Assembly (NCBI GenBank): GCA_020724425.1
Contig: DYGY01000001.1
Coordinates: 19,080 to 83,079 of the forward strand
Source of the DNA: Thermaerobacter marianensis
GTDB taxonomy: Bacteria; Bacillota; Sulfobacillia; DVGY01
Length of the DNA stretch: 64,000 nt
Direction: 5' to 3'
Part shown: piece after piece, positions 21,244 to 30,267 of the stretch
Numbering within the stretch: the first letter of the stretch is position 1
Layout of the letters: every line of letters starts with the position of its first letter
The notes under the pieces: model-generated
What the model was told of the DNA's origin: nothing
Database searches by the model: none
The model's input: only the letters and a program-made list of their open reading frames with translations
Made by a program: the position numbers and the translations under genes

Positions 21244-22527
21244 GTGGCTGCGACGGAAGTATTGGATCCTTATGAGATAGCGAAAGGTTTGGTTAAAGAT
21301 GCTGTGGAGAATCTGGGTTTAGATGATTCAGTATATGAACTGTTGAAGAATCCCCAGAAGTTTGTTGAGGTATCTATCCCTGTGGAGATGGATGATGGTA
21401 GTGTTCAAAGTTTTATCGGTTATCGTTCATTTCATAATAATGCTCTAGGTCCAACAAAGGGTGGAATTCGTTTTCATCCTGATGTAACACCAGAAGAGGT
21501 TAAAGCTTTATCTGTCTGGATGACAATTAAGTCTTCCTTGTTAGGTCTACCCTATGGTGGTGGTAAGGGTGGTGTGCTGTGTAATCCAGCAGACTTATCA
21601 CCAAGAGAGTTAGAGGCTTTGAGCAGGGGATATATTAGAGCAATGGCTCCACACATGGGTCCATACAAAGATGTACCTGCACCTGATGTTAATACAAATC
21701 CTCAAGTGATGGCTTGGATGTTCGATGAATACAGCAGTATTGTCGGTGAAAATACCTTTGGTCTTTTAACTGGTAAGCCTCTAATTCTTGGTGGTTCTAA
21801 GGGACGAGTAGAGGCTACTGGTAGAGGTACTGTAGTTACAATTAAGCAGGCTGCCAATCATCTAGATATGAATCTTGCGGAAACAACTACTGTTGTTCAG
21901 GGTTTTGGTAATGTGGGTTCAGTTGCTGCTAGATTGATGCATGATGCTGGTTCTAAGGTTATCGCTGTCATGGAAGTTGATGGTGGTGTCTATAACCCTG
22001 AGGGTCTTGATATCCCCAAGATGTTAGAATATAAGGTTGAGCATGGTTCAGTGGCTGGCTATCCTGATGGTGAGCCAATTAGCAATGATGAGCTTTTGAC
22101 TCTAGAATGCGATATTCTGATTCCTGCTGCTTTAGAGAATCAGATCACTTCTCGTAATGCTCATGATATTAAGGCTAAGATTGTGGCTGAGGCTGCTAAT
22201 GGACCAACGACTCCTGAGGCTGATAGAATAATGACTGAAAGGGGTATTCTTGTTATCCCGGATATTCTGGCTAATGCCGGTGGAGTAACTGTTTCATATT
22301 TTGAATGGGTACAGAATCTCTATGGCTACTACTGGACTGAAGAGGAAGTTAATAGTAAGCTTGAACAGATGATGCGTCAGGCTTTTGATTGGGTCTATAA
22401 TATGCATACAGAACGTGGCATGAAGATGCGTGATGTGGCATATATGGTTGCTATCAGTAGGTTGGCCGAGGCCATGAAGGTGCGTGGTTGGTTACCCGCA
22501 CAACGTAGCACTTACAGGCGTTCATAA
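21244..22527 (+). CDS. gdh: Glutamate dehydrogenase (Glu/Leu/Phe/Val family)
   Basis: GP.KGGIRFHP, MT.K, GGGKGG, QGFGNVG, ANAGGV.VSYFEWVQN (Glu-type Ser). Confidence 0.93.
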   Translation: MAATEVLDPYEIAKGLVKDAVENLGLDDSVYELLKNPQKFVEVSIPVEMDDGSVQSFIGYRSFHNNALGPTKGGIRFHPDVTPEEVKALSVWMTIKSSLLGLPYGGGKGGVLCNPADLSPRELEALSRGYIRAMAPHMGPYKDVPAPDVNTNPQVMAWMFDEYSSIVGENTFGLLTGKPLILGGSKGRVEATGRGTVVTIKQAANHLDMNLAETTTVVQGFGNVGSVAARLMHDAGSKVIAVMEVDGGVYNPEGLDIPKMLEYKVEHGSVAGYPDGEPISNDELLTLECDILIPAALENQITSRNAHDIKAKIVAEAANGPTTPEADRIMTERGILVIPDILANAGGVTVSYFEWVQNLYGYYWTEEEVNSKLEQMMRQAFDWVYNMHTERGMKMRDVAYMVAISRLAEAMKVRGWLPAQRSTYRRS

Positions 22528-22594
22528 GGGAGTGTAAGTCTTTGGGGTGGGCTATATTCAGCTCGCCCTTTTTTCATATGAGAGGAGGAAAGAA

Positions 22595-24211
22595 ATGGAC
22601 AAGAAGGTTTGGCTGCAAAATATTGCTTCACTACCAGAGAGGAAGAAGGAGTTTAAGACTCTTTCCGGTTTATCGGTAGATGCTGTGTATACTAAAGAGG
22701 ATATCCAAGGGGATTTGGGAATGCCAGGGGATTACCCCTATACCAGAGGGGTATATCCCACCATGTACCGGGGTAGATTGTGGACTATGCGTCAGTATGC
22801 TGGTTTTGGTAGTGCAAAGGAGTCTAATAAGAGGTATAAGTATCTTTTGGAGAAAGGTCAGACAGGTTTAAGTGTAGCTTTTGATCTCCCTACCCAGATT
22901 GGTTATGATTCTGATCACTATTTAGCTAAGGGGGAGGTGGGGAGAGTAGGGGTAGCTATTGACTCTTTGCAGGATATGGAGGTGCTTTTTGCTGATATAC
23001 CTTTAGATAAGGTCAGTACCTCGATGACCATTAATGCTACAGCTCCTGTGCTCTTAGCAATGTATCTGGCTTTAGCAGAAAAGAGAGGTATTCCTTTTGC
23101 TAAGCTAAGTGGGACAATCCAGAATGATATTTTGAAGGAATATGTGGCCAGAGGCACATACATTTTTCCTCCTCAGGAATCGATGAGACTTATTACTGAT
23201 GTTTTTGCATACTGTCATGAACATGTACCCAATTGGAACACCATCAGTATTAGTGGTTATCATATTCGTGAAGCCGGTTCTTCGGCTGTTCAGGAGTTGG
23301 CCTTTACAATTGCTAATGGGATTGCCTATGTGGAGGCGGCCATTGAGGCAGGAATGAAGGTTGATGATTTTGCACCAAGACTCTCCTTTTTCTTTAATAG
23401 CCAGATGGATTTTCTTGAGGAGATAGCCAAGTTTAGGGCTGCTAGAAGAATTTGGGCTGAGATTATGAAGGAACGCTTTGGTGCTAAAGATCCTAAGTCA
23501 ATGATGTTAAGGTTCCATACTCAGACTGCTGGTTCTGCTTTGAGTGCTCAGCAGCCTGAGAACAATGTGGTGAGAGTTACTTTGCAGGCTTTAGCAGCTG
23601 TATTAGGAGGCACTCAGTCTTTGCATACCAATGCTTTGGATGAGGCTTTAGGACTACCTACTGAACGTACCGCAGAAATAGCATTAAGAACCCAGCAGAT
23701 TATTGCTTATGAGAGTGGTGTTGTTGATACGGTTGATCCTTTAGCAGGTTCATACTATCTAGAATCCCTTACAGATCAAGTTGAGACAGAAGTTAAGAGA
23801 TATTTGGATAGAATTGAGGTTATGGGTGGTGCTGTTAAAGCCATTGAAACTGGCTATATGCAAAAGGAGATTCAGAATAGTGCCTACCGCTATCAGGTTG
23901 AAGTTGAGAATAAGGAGAGATTGGTTGTTGGTATAAATGCCTTTGCTGATCAAAGAGAAGAAGATATAGAGATTCTAAGGCTAGATCCTCTGGTTGAAAG
24001 GCTGCAGGAGAAGTGTTTAAGGGAATTAAAGGAGTCTAGGGATACGGTTCTTGTAGAGAAAACTCTAAAGGAGTTAAAAGAGAAGGCTAGGAGTACAGAG
24101 AATCTCATGCCATATATTCTTGAGGCTGTTAAGGCTTATGCTACCTTGGGTGAGATTAGTGATGTTTTACGGAATGTCTTTGGGGAATATGCAGCAAAGG
24201 AGCTGATATGA
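22595..24211 (+). CDS. Methylmalonyl-CoA mutase, substrate-binding subunit
   Basis: [21 protein letters not shown] (Tyr, MCM type), [18 protein letters not shown]. Confidence 0.94.
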   Translation: MDKKVWLQNIASLPERKKEFKTLSGLSVDAVYTKEDIQGDLGMPGDYPYTRGVYPTMYRGRLWTMRQYAGFGSAKESNKRYKYLLEKGQTGLSVAFDLPTQIGYDSDHYLAKGEVGRVGVAIDSLQDMEVLFADIPLDKVSTSMTINATAPVLLAMYLALAEKRGIPFAKLSGTIQNDILKEYVARGTYIFPPQESMRLITDVFAYCHEHVPNWNTISISGYHIREAGSSAVQELAFTIANGIAYVEAAIEAGMKVDDFAPRLSFFFNSQMDFLEEIAKFRAARRIWAEIMKERFGAKDPKSMMLRFHTQTAGSALSAQQPENNVVRVTLQALAAVLGGTQSLHTNALDEALGLPTERTAEIALRTQQIIAYESGVVDTVDPLAGSYYLESLTDQVETEVKRYLDRIEVMGGAVKAIETGYMQKEIQNSAYRYQVEVENKERLVVGINAFADQREEDIEILRLDPLVERLQEKCLRELKESRDTVLVEKTLKELKEKARSTENLMPYILEAVKAYATLGEISDVLRNVFGEYAAKELI

Positions 24212-24606
24212 TGAAACCAATCAAGGTATTGATAGCTAAGACTGGTCTTGATGGTCATGATAGGGGCGCAAAGGTTGTGGCTAGAGCTTTAAGTGAGGCT
24301 GGAATGGAAGTTATATATACCGGATTGCGTCAGACTCCGGAAAAGATTGTTCAGGCTGCTTTAGAAGAGGATGTGGATGTTATTGGTTTAAGCAGTCTTT
24401 CTGGAGCCCATGAATATTTCTTTTCTGAGGTAGCAAGACTTCTTAAAGAGAAGGAATTGGAGCATATCCTTTTGCTTGGTGGGGGTATTATCCCTAAAGA
24501 AGATATTCTCTCTCTTAAAGCAGAGGGGGTTGATGAGATTTTCACCTCTGGAACACCAACTGGTGAGATAATTAGCTACATTAAAGAAAATGTAGCAGGA
24601 GATTAG
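24208..24606 (+). CDS. Methylmalonyl-CoA mutase cobalamin-binding subunit
   Basis: [13 protein letters not shown] (DxHxxG), GLSSLSGAH. Confidence 0.94.
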   Translation: MMKPIKVLIAKTGLDGHDRGAKVVARALSEAGMEVIYTGLRQTPEKIVQAALEEDVDVIGLSSLSGAHEYFFSEVARLLKEKELEHILLLGGGIIPKEDILSLKAEGVDEIFTSGTPTGEIISYIKENVAGD

Positions 24607-24667
24607 GATTTTAGGCAGAATATATTAGAAGCAGGTACTAATACCTGGCATAAGGTTGGTGATTAAT

Positions 24668-25063
24668 GTGAAGATTGATCACATTGGTATTGCTGTTAAG
24701 AGCTTAGAGGAAGCTAAAGGTCTGTATACTAGGGTTTTAGGTTTGGAATGGGAACAAGATGAAGAGGTACATACTGAGGCTGTCAGGGTATCTTTTTTTA
24801 AGACCGGGGAGAGTCATATTGAGCTCTTGGAGGCTCTAAGTGATGATTCTGCCATAGCCAGGTTTATTGACAAAAAGGGTGAGGGCATTCATCATCTGGC
24901 TTTTGCCGTAGATGATATTGGGGCTGCTCTGGAGAAAGCGAGAGTGGAGGGATATCAGCTAATTGATGAGAGCCCAAGAAGAGGTGCTGGTGGAAAGCTT
25001 GTAGCGTTTCTTCACCCTAAAAGTACTAATGGTGTATTAATCGAACTCTGTCAGAAGGGGTGA
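24668..25063 (+). CDS. mce: Methylmalonyl-CoA epimerase
   Basis: IDHIGIAV, IELLE, GEGIHHLAF.V, F.HPKSTNGVLIEL. Confidence 0.94.
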   Translation: MKIDHIGIAVKSLEEAKGLYTRVLGLEWEQDEEVHTEAVRVSFFKTGESHIELLEALSDDSAIARFIDKKGEGIHHLAFAVDDIGAALEKARVEGYQLIDESPRRGAGGKLVAFLHPKSTNGVLIELCQKG

Positions 25064-25074
25064 AGGAAAGCCCG

Positions 25075-26625
25075 ATGGATGAAAAGGTACAGGAAAAAAT
25101 TAAGGAATTAGAGCAACGTAAAGAACATATTCAAGCTGGTGGAGGGCCTGATAGAATTGCAGCCCAGCATGAGAAAGGTAAACTAACTGCCAGAGAGAGG
25201 TTAGAGAGTCTTTTTGATTCTGGAACCTTTCAGGAGATTGATGCCTTTATAGAACATAGGGGAACTATGTTTGGCATGGCTGATAAGGATGTACCAGCCG
25301 ATGCCGTTATTACCGGTTATGGTCAGATTGATGGTCGAACTGTCTATGTGTTCTCTCAAGATTTCACTGTTCTTGGAGGAACCTTAGGGGAGATGCATGC
25401 AGCTAAGATTACCAAGGTGATGGATCTTGCCTTAAAGACAGGTTCACCCTTTATCGGTATCAATGATTCAGGTGGAGCAAGAATTCAGGAAGGTATTGAT
25501 GCCTTAAATGGTTTTGCTGAGATTTTTAAGCGTAATACCTTGGCCTCTGGAGTAATTCCTCAGATATCTGTGATTATGGGGCCCTGTGCAGGTGGAGCTG
25601 TATATTCTCCTGCTTTAACTGATTTTGTCTTTATGGTTGATAGGACTTCGCAGATGTTTATTACCGGTCCAGAAGTGATTAGGTCTGTTACCGGGGAACA
25701 GGTAACTTTTGAGGAGTTAGGTGGGGGTAAGACGCATAATGAAAAGAGTGGTGTAGCTCATTTTTTAGCTGTTGATGAGGAAGATGCTTTTGAGCAGATA
25801 AGGAAGCTTTTAAGCTATTTGCCTTCCAATAATATTGAGGATGCTCCTGTAGGTGAAAGGGTTTCTCTAGAGGTTAAGGAAGAATTGAGGGATATTGTAC
25901 CGGGTGAACCTAATAAGCCGTATGATGTCCGTGATGTGATAAATAATCTTGTGGATGTGGGTAGTTTCTTTGAGGTTCAGGAAAGGTTTGCCTTAAATGC
26001 TGTTGTGGGGTTTGGTAGGTTGGAGGGTAGATCTGTTGGTATCATTGCCAATCAACCAAAGATTCTTGCAGGTACTCTTGATATTGACGCTTCTGATAAG
26101 ATAGCCCGGTTTGTACGTTTCTGTGATGCATTTAACATCCCCCTTATTACTCTGGTAGATACACCGGGATATCTACCGGGGAAGAACCAGGAGTATGGTG
26201 GCATCATTCGTCATGGTGCCAAGGTGCTTTATGCATATTCTGAAGCCACAGTACCAAAGATATCACTAATTTTACGAAAGGCATATGGTGGAGCATATAT
26301 TGCCATGTGTTGTAGGGGTCTAGGCTGTGATATGGCTTTTGCTTGGCCAACTGCCGAGATTGCTGTTATGGGACCTGAAGGGGCCTGTAATATTGTGTTC
26401 CGTAAAGAGATAGCAAATGCTGAAGATTCCGCTTTGGTGAGACAACAAAAGGTACAGGAATATAGGGATAGGTTTGCTAGCCCCTATGTGGCAGCACAGA
26501 GGGGTTATGTGGATGATGTTTTAGATCCTGCCATGACAAGGGTAGTTCTTGGTAGGGCTCTTGCCAGTCTAGCAAGCAAGAGAGAAGATCGTCCTGCTAA
26601 GAAACATGGTAACATTCCGCTTTAG
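25075..26625 (+). CDS. mmdA: Acyl-CoA carboxyltransferase (methylmalonyl-CoA decarboxylase alpha / PCC beta)
   Basis: GKLTARER, DSGGARIQEG, GPCAGGAVY, RKAYGGAY, KKHGNIPL. Confidence 0.92.
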   Translation: MDEKVQEKIKELEQRKEHIQAGGGPDRIAAQHEKGKLTARERLESLFDSGTFQEIDAFIEHRGTMFGMADKDVPADAVITGYGQIDGRTVYVFSQDFTVLGGTLGEMHAAKITKVMDLALKTGSPFIGINDSGGARIQEGIDALNGFAEIFKRNTLASGVIPQISVIMGPCAGGAVYSPALTDFVFMVDRTSQMFITGPEVIRSVTGEQVTFEELGGGKTHNEKSGVAHFLAVDEEDAFEQIRKLLSYLPSNNIEDAPVGERVSLEVKEELRDIVPGEPNKPYDVRDVINNLVDVGSFFEVQERFALNAVVGFGRLEGRSVGIIANQPKILAGTLDIDASDKIARFVRFCDAFNIPLITLVDTPGYLPGKNQEYGGIIRHGAKVLYAYSEATVPKISLILRKAYGGAYIAMCCRGLGCDMAFAWPTAEIAVMGPEGACNIVFRKEIANAEDSALVRQQKVQEYRDRFASPYVAAQRGYVDDVLDPAMTRVVLGRALASLASKREDRPAKKHGNIPL

Positions 26626-26637
26626 GGGGCAAGGACT

Positions 26638-26823
26638 ATGGATGCTAAGATTGTAGCTGCCATTACAGCTGCCCTAGCTGCTTATGGGGATAATGGCCTT
26701 GCTATAAAGAGTATAAAGCCTGTTAAAGAACAGGAGTTTAAGGTTTGGACTATGGCAGGTAGGCAGTGGCAGGCAGAGGGTTTTCGTACCGTGTCGTTGA
26801 GAAGGGAGACGTGGCGTAAGTGA
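26638..26823 (+). CDS. Small carboxylase accessory subunit (MmdD/OadG C-terminal-like, no TM segment)
   Basis: [12 protein letters not shown]...W..AGR motif; lies between the carboxyltransferase and the biotin carrier. Confidence 0.65.
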   Translation: MDAKIVAAITAALAAYGDNGLAIKSIKPVKEQEFKVWTMAGRQWQAEGFRTVSLRRETWRK

Positions 26824-27182
26824 AAAAGTATCGTGTTACAGTAGAGGGAAAGACATATGAGGTAGAGGTAGAAGAAATAGGGGTGGAAACAAGGTCTGTG
26901 GAAACACCAAAACCTGTAGAGGCCGCTCCAGTGAAGGAAGAGAAGAAACCAGCGGTCAGTCTGGCTAGTGATGACTCAGTTACAGCGCCTCTACCAGGTA
27001 CAGTTATTGATGTCCGGGTGGCTATTAATCAAGCAGTTGAGGTTGGCGATGTGCTTTTAATTCTTGAGGCCATGAAAATGGAGAATGAGATTGCTTCTAC
27101 CCGCGCTGGGGTAGTTTCTGAAATCAGGGTTGAAAAGGGTCAGACTGTAGATCTAGGGCAAACTCTGCTGGTTATTAAGTAG
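26820..27182 (+). CDS. mmdC: Biotin carboxyl carrier protein
   Basis: [29 protein letters not shown] biotinylation motif. Confidence 0.92.
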   Translation: MKKYRVTVEGKTYEVEVEEIGVETRSVETPKPVEAAPVKEEKKPAVSLASDDSVTAPLPGTVIDVRVAINQAVEVGDVLLILEAMKMENEIASTRAGVVSEIRVEKGQTVDLGQTLLVIK

Positions 27183-27186
27183 TCTT

Positions 27187-27215
27187 GCAGGAATCTCATG
27201 GTTTATGTGGAAACA
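27187..27215 (+). promoter_or_regulatory. SigH-type promoter
   Basis: GCAGGAATC-11 nt-GTGGAAACA. Confidence 0.5.
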
Positions 27216-27304
27216 CTCTCTTTATGAGCCAAATGAGTGTCCTGAAGAGGAGAGGTTCTTGAGCTAAGCGGAGCTAGAGCCAAAGGCAAGGAGGGTTTTG
27301 GCAC

Positions 27305-27463
27305 TTGTTTAAAAAGATTTGTCCACATTGCCACCAGGACTCTTATTCATCTGCAGAGTATTCGCAGTGGGTCTGCCCATATTGTGGCAAAGATATCACT
27401 GATGTTGCTGCACTCCCCCCAAATTCACCAGGTAAGAGTGAGGAAAAAGGGGATAATGAATAA
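27305..27463 (+). CDS. 52-aa Zn-ribbon microprotein (MFKKICPHCHQDSYSSAEYSQWVCPYCGKDITDVAALPPNSPGKSEEKGDNE)
   Basis: TTG start 9 nt after AAGGAGGG; CPxC...W.CPxCG; below the ORF-track cutoff. Confidence 0.75.
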   Translation: MFKKICPHCHQDSYSSAEYSQWVCPYCGKDITDVAALPPNSPGKSEEKGDNE

Positions 27464-27487
27464 GGTTTGATCTCTTAAAAGGCTCGA

Positions 27488-27517
27488 AGGCCCTGCGGAT
27501 GTAGGGCTTTCTCTTTT
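27488..27517 (+). terminator. Intrinsic terminator
   Basis: AAGGCCCTGC-GGAT-GTAGGGCTTT followed by CTCTTTT. Confidence 0.55.
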
Positions 27518-27531
27518 GTGGAGGGTTAACT

Positions 27532-28101
27532 ATGAAAGAACAGTTGCGAAAAGAGTTTTTGGAAAAACGGAACAGACTAGATTATTCCCTGTGGGAATCT
27601 CTTAGTATTAAGATCCAGGAGATTTTTTTAGGTAGTCATCTCTATCTAGAAAGCAACAATATAATGCTCTACAGTGCTTTTCGTAATGAGGTGGCTACAG
27701 GAGTTATTTTAAAGAAGGCTTTGGCTGATGGAAAAGTGGTACTGTTTCCTAGGGTTGAGGATAGGGAAGAAATGACCGCTAGAAGAGTATCAAGTCCAAA
27801 AGACCTAGTTGTTGGTAGTTATGGGATTTTGGAGCCTTCTTTGGATTGTGAGATCTCTACTGATGTTGATTTGCTCTTAGTACCTGGGGTAGCTTTTGAT
27901 AGATTAGGTTATCGTCTAGGGTATGGTGTTGGCTATTATGATAGATTCCTTAAAAAGAGTATTGTGAAATATAGGGTTGGTCTTGCTTTTGAGTTTCAGG
28001 TGATTGCTAGACTGCCAAGGGATAATTATGATGAAAGACTTGATTATCTAATTACTGAAAAAGGTATTCTTGACGTTTTTGAGCATCCTTTGGTAGAATG
28101 A
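27532..28101 (+). CDS. 5-formyltetrahydrofolate cyclo-ligase
   Basis: LLLVPGVAFD..GYRLGYG.GYYDRFL, D..LDYLITE. Confidence 0.95.
   Translation: MKEQLRKEFLEKRNRLDYSLWESLSIKIQEIFLGSHLYLESNNIMLYSAFRNEVATGVILKKALADGKVVLFPRVEDREEMTARRVSSPKDLVVGSYGILEPSLDCEISTDVDLLLVPGVAFDRLGYRLGYGVGYYDRFLKKSIVKYRVGLAFEFQVIARLPRDNYDERLDYLITEKGILDVFEHPLVE
28070..28099 (+). promoter_or_regulatory. SigA promoter for the tRNA, embedded in the upstream CDS
   Basis: TTGACG-18 nt-TAGAAT with extended -10 TG, 11 nt before the tRNA. Confidence 0.6.
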
Positions 28102-28110
28102 ATTGGGATT

Positions 28111-28183
28111 GGGCGGTTAGCTCAGTTGGGAGAGTGCCTGGATCGCACCCAGGAGGTCGGGAGTTCAAGTCTCCTACCGTCCA
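28111..28183 (+). tRNA. tRNA-Ala (anticodon CGC); CCA not encoded
   Basis: Full cloverleaf; acceptor stem GGGCGGT/ACCGTCC with G3:U70 and A73 (Ala identity); anticodon loop ATCGCAC; TTCAAGT T-loop; followed by CAA. Confidence 0.93.
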
Positions 28184-28184
28184 C

Positions 28185-28212
28185 AAGAGAGAGATTTGCT
28201 CTCTCTTTTTTT
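28185..28212 (+). terminator. Intrinsic terminator after the tRNA
   Basis: AGAGAGAG/CTCTCTCT stem followed by a T-run. Confidence 0.75.
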
Positions 28213-28235
28213 ATTTTAAATTTTTTGCTTACATA

Positions 28236-28264
28236 GAAGGAGTTTTTTGAAATAAGAAGAAATT
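28236..28264 (+). promoter_or_regulatory. SigH-type promoter for mraZ/dcw
   Basis: GAAGGAGTT-11 nt-GAAGAAATT. Confidence 0.45.
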
Positions 28265-28276
28265 ATAGGGCACAAG

Positions 28277-28303
28277 GTGGGTAGAAGTGGGGAAAAGTGG
28301 GGA
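28277..28303 (+). promoter_or_regulatory. MraZ-binding repeats
   Basis: GTGGG at 28277, 28287 and 28297 (10-nt period) directly upstream of mraZ. Confidence 0.8.
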
Positions 28304-28321
28304 GACGGAGTTGATAAGACC

Positions 28322-28753
28322 ATGTTTATGGGGGAATATCAACATACAGTAGATGGCAAGGGGCGGGTAGCTGTTCCTGCTAGGTTTCGTGAGCAATTAG
28401 GGGAGACCTTCATTGCTACTCGGGGCTTGGATCACTGTATCTTTGTCTATCCACAGAGTGAATGGGAAAGTCTTGAGAAGAAATTAAAGTCTTTATCTTT
28501 TACCCAGGCTAATGCTAGAGCCTTTGTAAGGTTGTTGTTTTCTGGAGCTACTGAATGCAGTCTAGATAAACAGGGAAGAATTCTGTTACCAGCAAATCTT
28601 AGGGATTATGCTGGGTTGGATAAGGATGCCATCATTATTGGTGTTTCTAATAGAGTGGAAATCTGGGCTGCAGAGAAATGGGATAGTTATGCCAAAGAGG
28701 CTAATCTTTCCTATGAAGAGATAGCAGAGACTCTTGTTGATCTTGATTTGTAA
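28322..28753 (+). CDS. mraZ: Transcriptional regulator MraZ
   Basis: MFMGEY.H.VD.KGR, DKQGRI..P. Confidence 0.96.
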   Translation: MFMGEYQHTVDGKGRVAVPARFREQLGETFIATRGLDHCIFVYPQSEWESLEKKLKSLSFTQANARAFVRLLFSGATECSLDKQGRILLPANLRDYAGLDKDAIIIGVSNRVEIWAAEKWDSYAKEANLSYEEIAETLVDLDL

Positions 28754-28766
28754 GGGGGAGACACAA

Positions 28767-29702
28767 CTGGGAGATATCCAGTTTGAACATAAATCAGTGT
28801 TGTTAAGAGAAACTGTGGAGCTATTAGATCCACAGCCTGGGGACGTATTTGTTGACTGTACTCTCGGGGGTGCAGGACACTCTATAGCTATTGGAAGGCT
28901 TCTTGGTAAGGATGGTTTATTGATTGGCTTAGATCATGATCCTATAGCTCTACAGGCAGCAGGGGTAAGGCTTAGTGATTTGGATGTACGGGTGGAGCTT
29001 GTTAAGAGCAACTTCCGTTATCTTAAAAAGGCTTTAGGTGATCTAGGTATTGATAAGGTTGATGGTATTTTGATGGACTTGGGTGTTTCTTCACCACAGC
29101 TTGATGAAATGGATAGGGGTTTTTCATATAACTATGATGCTCCTTTAGATATGCGGATGGACCCGGAAGGAACATATACTGCTAAGGATTTGGTTAATAG
29201 TCTTTCGGAAAAAGAGTTAACAGAGATTATTAATGAGTATGGTGAGGAACGCTGGGCAAGCAGGATTGCACAGTTCATTGTGAGGGAAAGAAACAGCAAA
29301 GAGATAGTTACTACCGGTGAGTTAGTTGAAATCATTAAAGCAGCTATCCCAGCAGGGGCAAGGAGAAAGGGACCTCATCCTGCTAAAAGGACTTTTCAGG
29401 CTTTAAGGATTGCTGTAAATGAGGAACTTAAGGTTCTTGAAGAGGGATTAGTACAGGCAGTTGATGTCTTAAGGCCTGGTGGTCGGCTAGCGGTAATAAC
29501 TTTTCATTCACTAGAAGATAGAATTGTTAAGCATTTCTTTAAGGAGCAAGCTGGGAAGAGTACTCGTTGGGGTGAGGTCTTGGAGGATAAAGAGAAACGG
29601 CTGGAGATATTGACAAAGAAGCCGATTGCACCTAAGACTGAAGAGTTAGCTGAGAATCCACGCGCGAGAAGTGCCAAGTTAAGGGGAGCTAGGCGCCTGT
29701 AG
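28767..29702 (+). CDS. rsmH: 16S rRNA m4C1402 methyltransferase RsmH
   Basis: H.SVLL, DCTLGGAGH, DLGVSSPQLD, RTFQALRIAVN, FHSLEDR; start uncertain (CTG proposed). Confidence 0.95.
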   Translation: MGDIQFEHKSVLLRETVELLDPQPGDVFVDCTLGGAGHSIAIGRLLGKDGLLIGLDHDPIALQAAGVRLSDLDVRVELVKSNFRYLKKALGDLGIDKVDGILMDLGVSSPQLDEMDRGFSYNYDAPLDMRMDPEGTYTAKDLVNSLSEKELTEIINEYGEERWASRIAQFIVRERNSKEIVTTGELVEIIKAAIPAGARRKGPHPAKRTFQALRIAVNEELKVLEEGLVQAVDVLRPGGRLAVITFHSLEDRIVKHFFKEQAGKSTRWGEVLEDKEKRLEILTKKPIAPKTEELAENPRARSAKLRGARRL

Positions 29703-29730
29703 GTTCTAAGAGAGAAGGGGGCGAATACAA

Positions 29731-30243
29731 ATGGCAGTAGCGGCAAGGAAAAGAGAGTACGCCCTAGTAGAAGAGAGAGCTATAGAGACCAAGCAGAAAC
29801 CACGGCAACGGTCCAGGTCTAAGTTTTCAACAGGAAAGTTCTTGACTGGTCTGGCGATTGTCTTTGTTATGTGTGTGGTTCTTGTTAGCAGAAATTCTAT
29901 AATTCAGCAAACAGCATATGATATCAACAGAATGAATAGAGAGATAAATGAGCTTAGAGTTGTAGTTGGTGATCTGGAATGGCGGGCATTAGCTTTAGAG
30001 GATCTCACTAGGGTAGAGATTGCTGCTAAAGAAAGTCTGGGGATGATTCCTGGAGAAAATTATCGTGTTGCCGTGGTTCCTGAGATATCCATGCCAGAAT
30101 CTAGTCAATATTCGACGGTTATTGAGTTGGGAGAAAAGAGTTCTGCTGGTGAAAGAACCATGATTGCTAGTGTGAATACCTGGCTATTTAACTGGCTAAC
30201 CGGTGGTAAGCAGGTAGAGGCCGGTGCTAGGAATCCCCGGTAG
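29731..30243 (+). CDS. ftsL: Cell division protein FtsL-like
   Basis: Basic N-terminus, single TM, coiled coil, RVE.AAKE.LGM; lies between rsmH and the PBP. Confidence 0.7.
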   Translation: MAVAARKREYALVEERAIETKQKPRQRSRSKFSTGKFLTGLAIVFVMCVVLVSRNSIIQQTAYDINRMNREINELRVVVGDLEWRALALEDLTRVEIAAKESLGMIPGENYRVAVVPEISMPESSQYSTVIELGEKSSAGERTMIASVNTWLFNWLTGGKQVEAGARNPR

Positions 30244-30267
30244 GAAGATAAAAAGGGGGTAATGTAA

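Noticed and set aside
21244-22527. Leu/Val dehydrogenase assignment
   Set aside because: The C-terminal ANAGGVTVSYFEWVQN motif is glutamate-dehydrogenase type
22595-24211. Isobutyryl-CoA mutase assignment
   Set aside because: The specificity position is Tyr (MRQYAGF), not Phe
24604-24666. Open frame continuing past the TAG of the B12-binding subunit (possible pyrrolysine read-through)
   Set aside because: The domain is complete at the TAG and the extension resembles nothing recognisable; a short open stretch is expected by chance
27220-27490. 6S RNA expected upstream of 5-formyl-THF cyclo-ligase by synteny
   Set aside because: Only weak end-to-end pairing, no recognisable 6S central-bubble motifs, and the interval is explained by a small ORF with RBS and terminator; an Infernal RF00013 search would settle it
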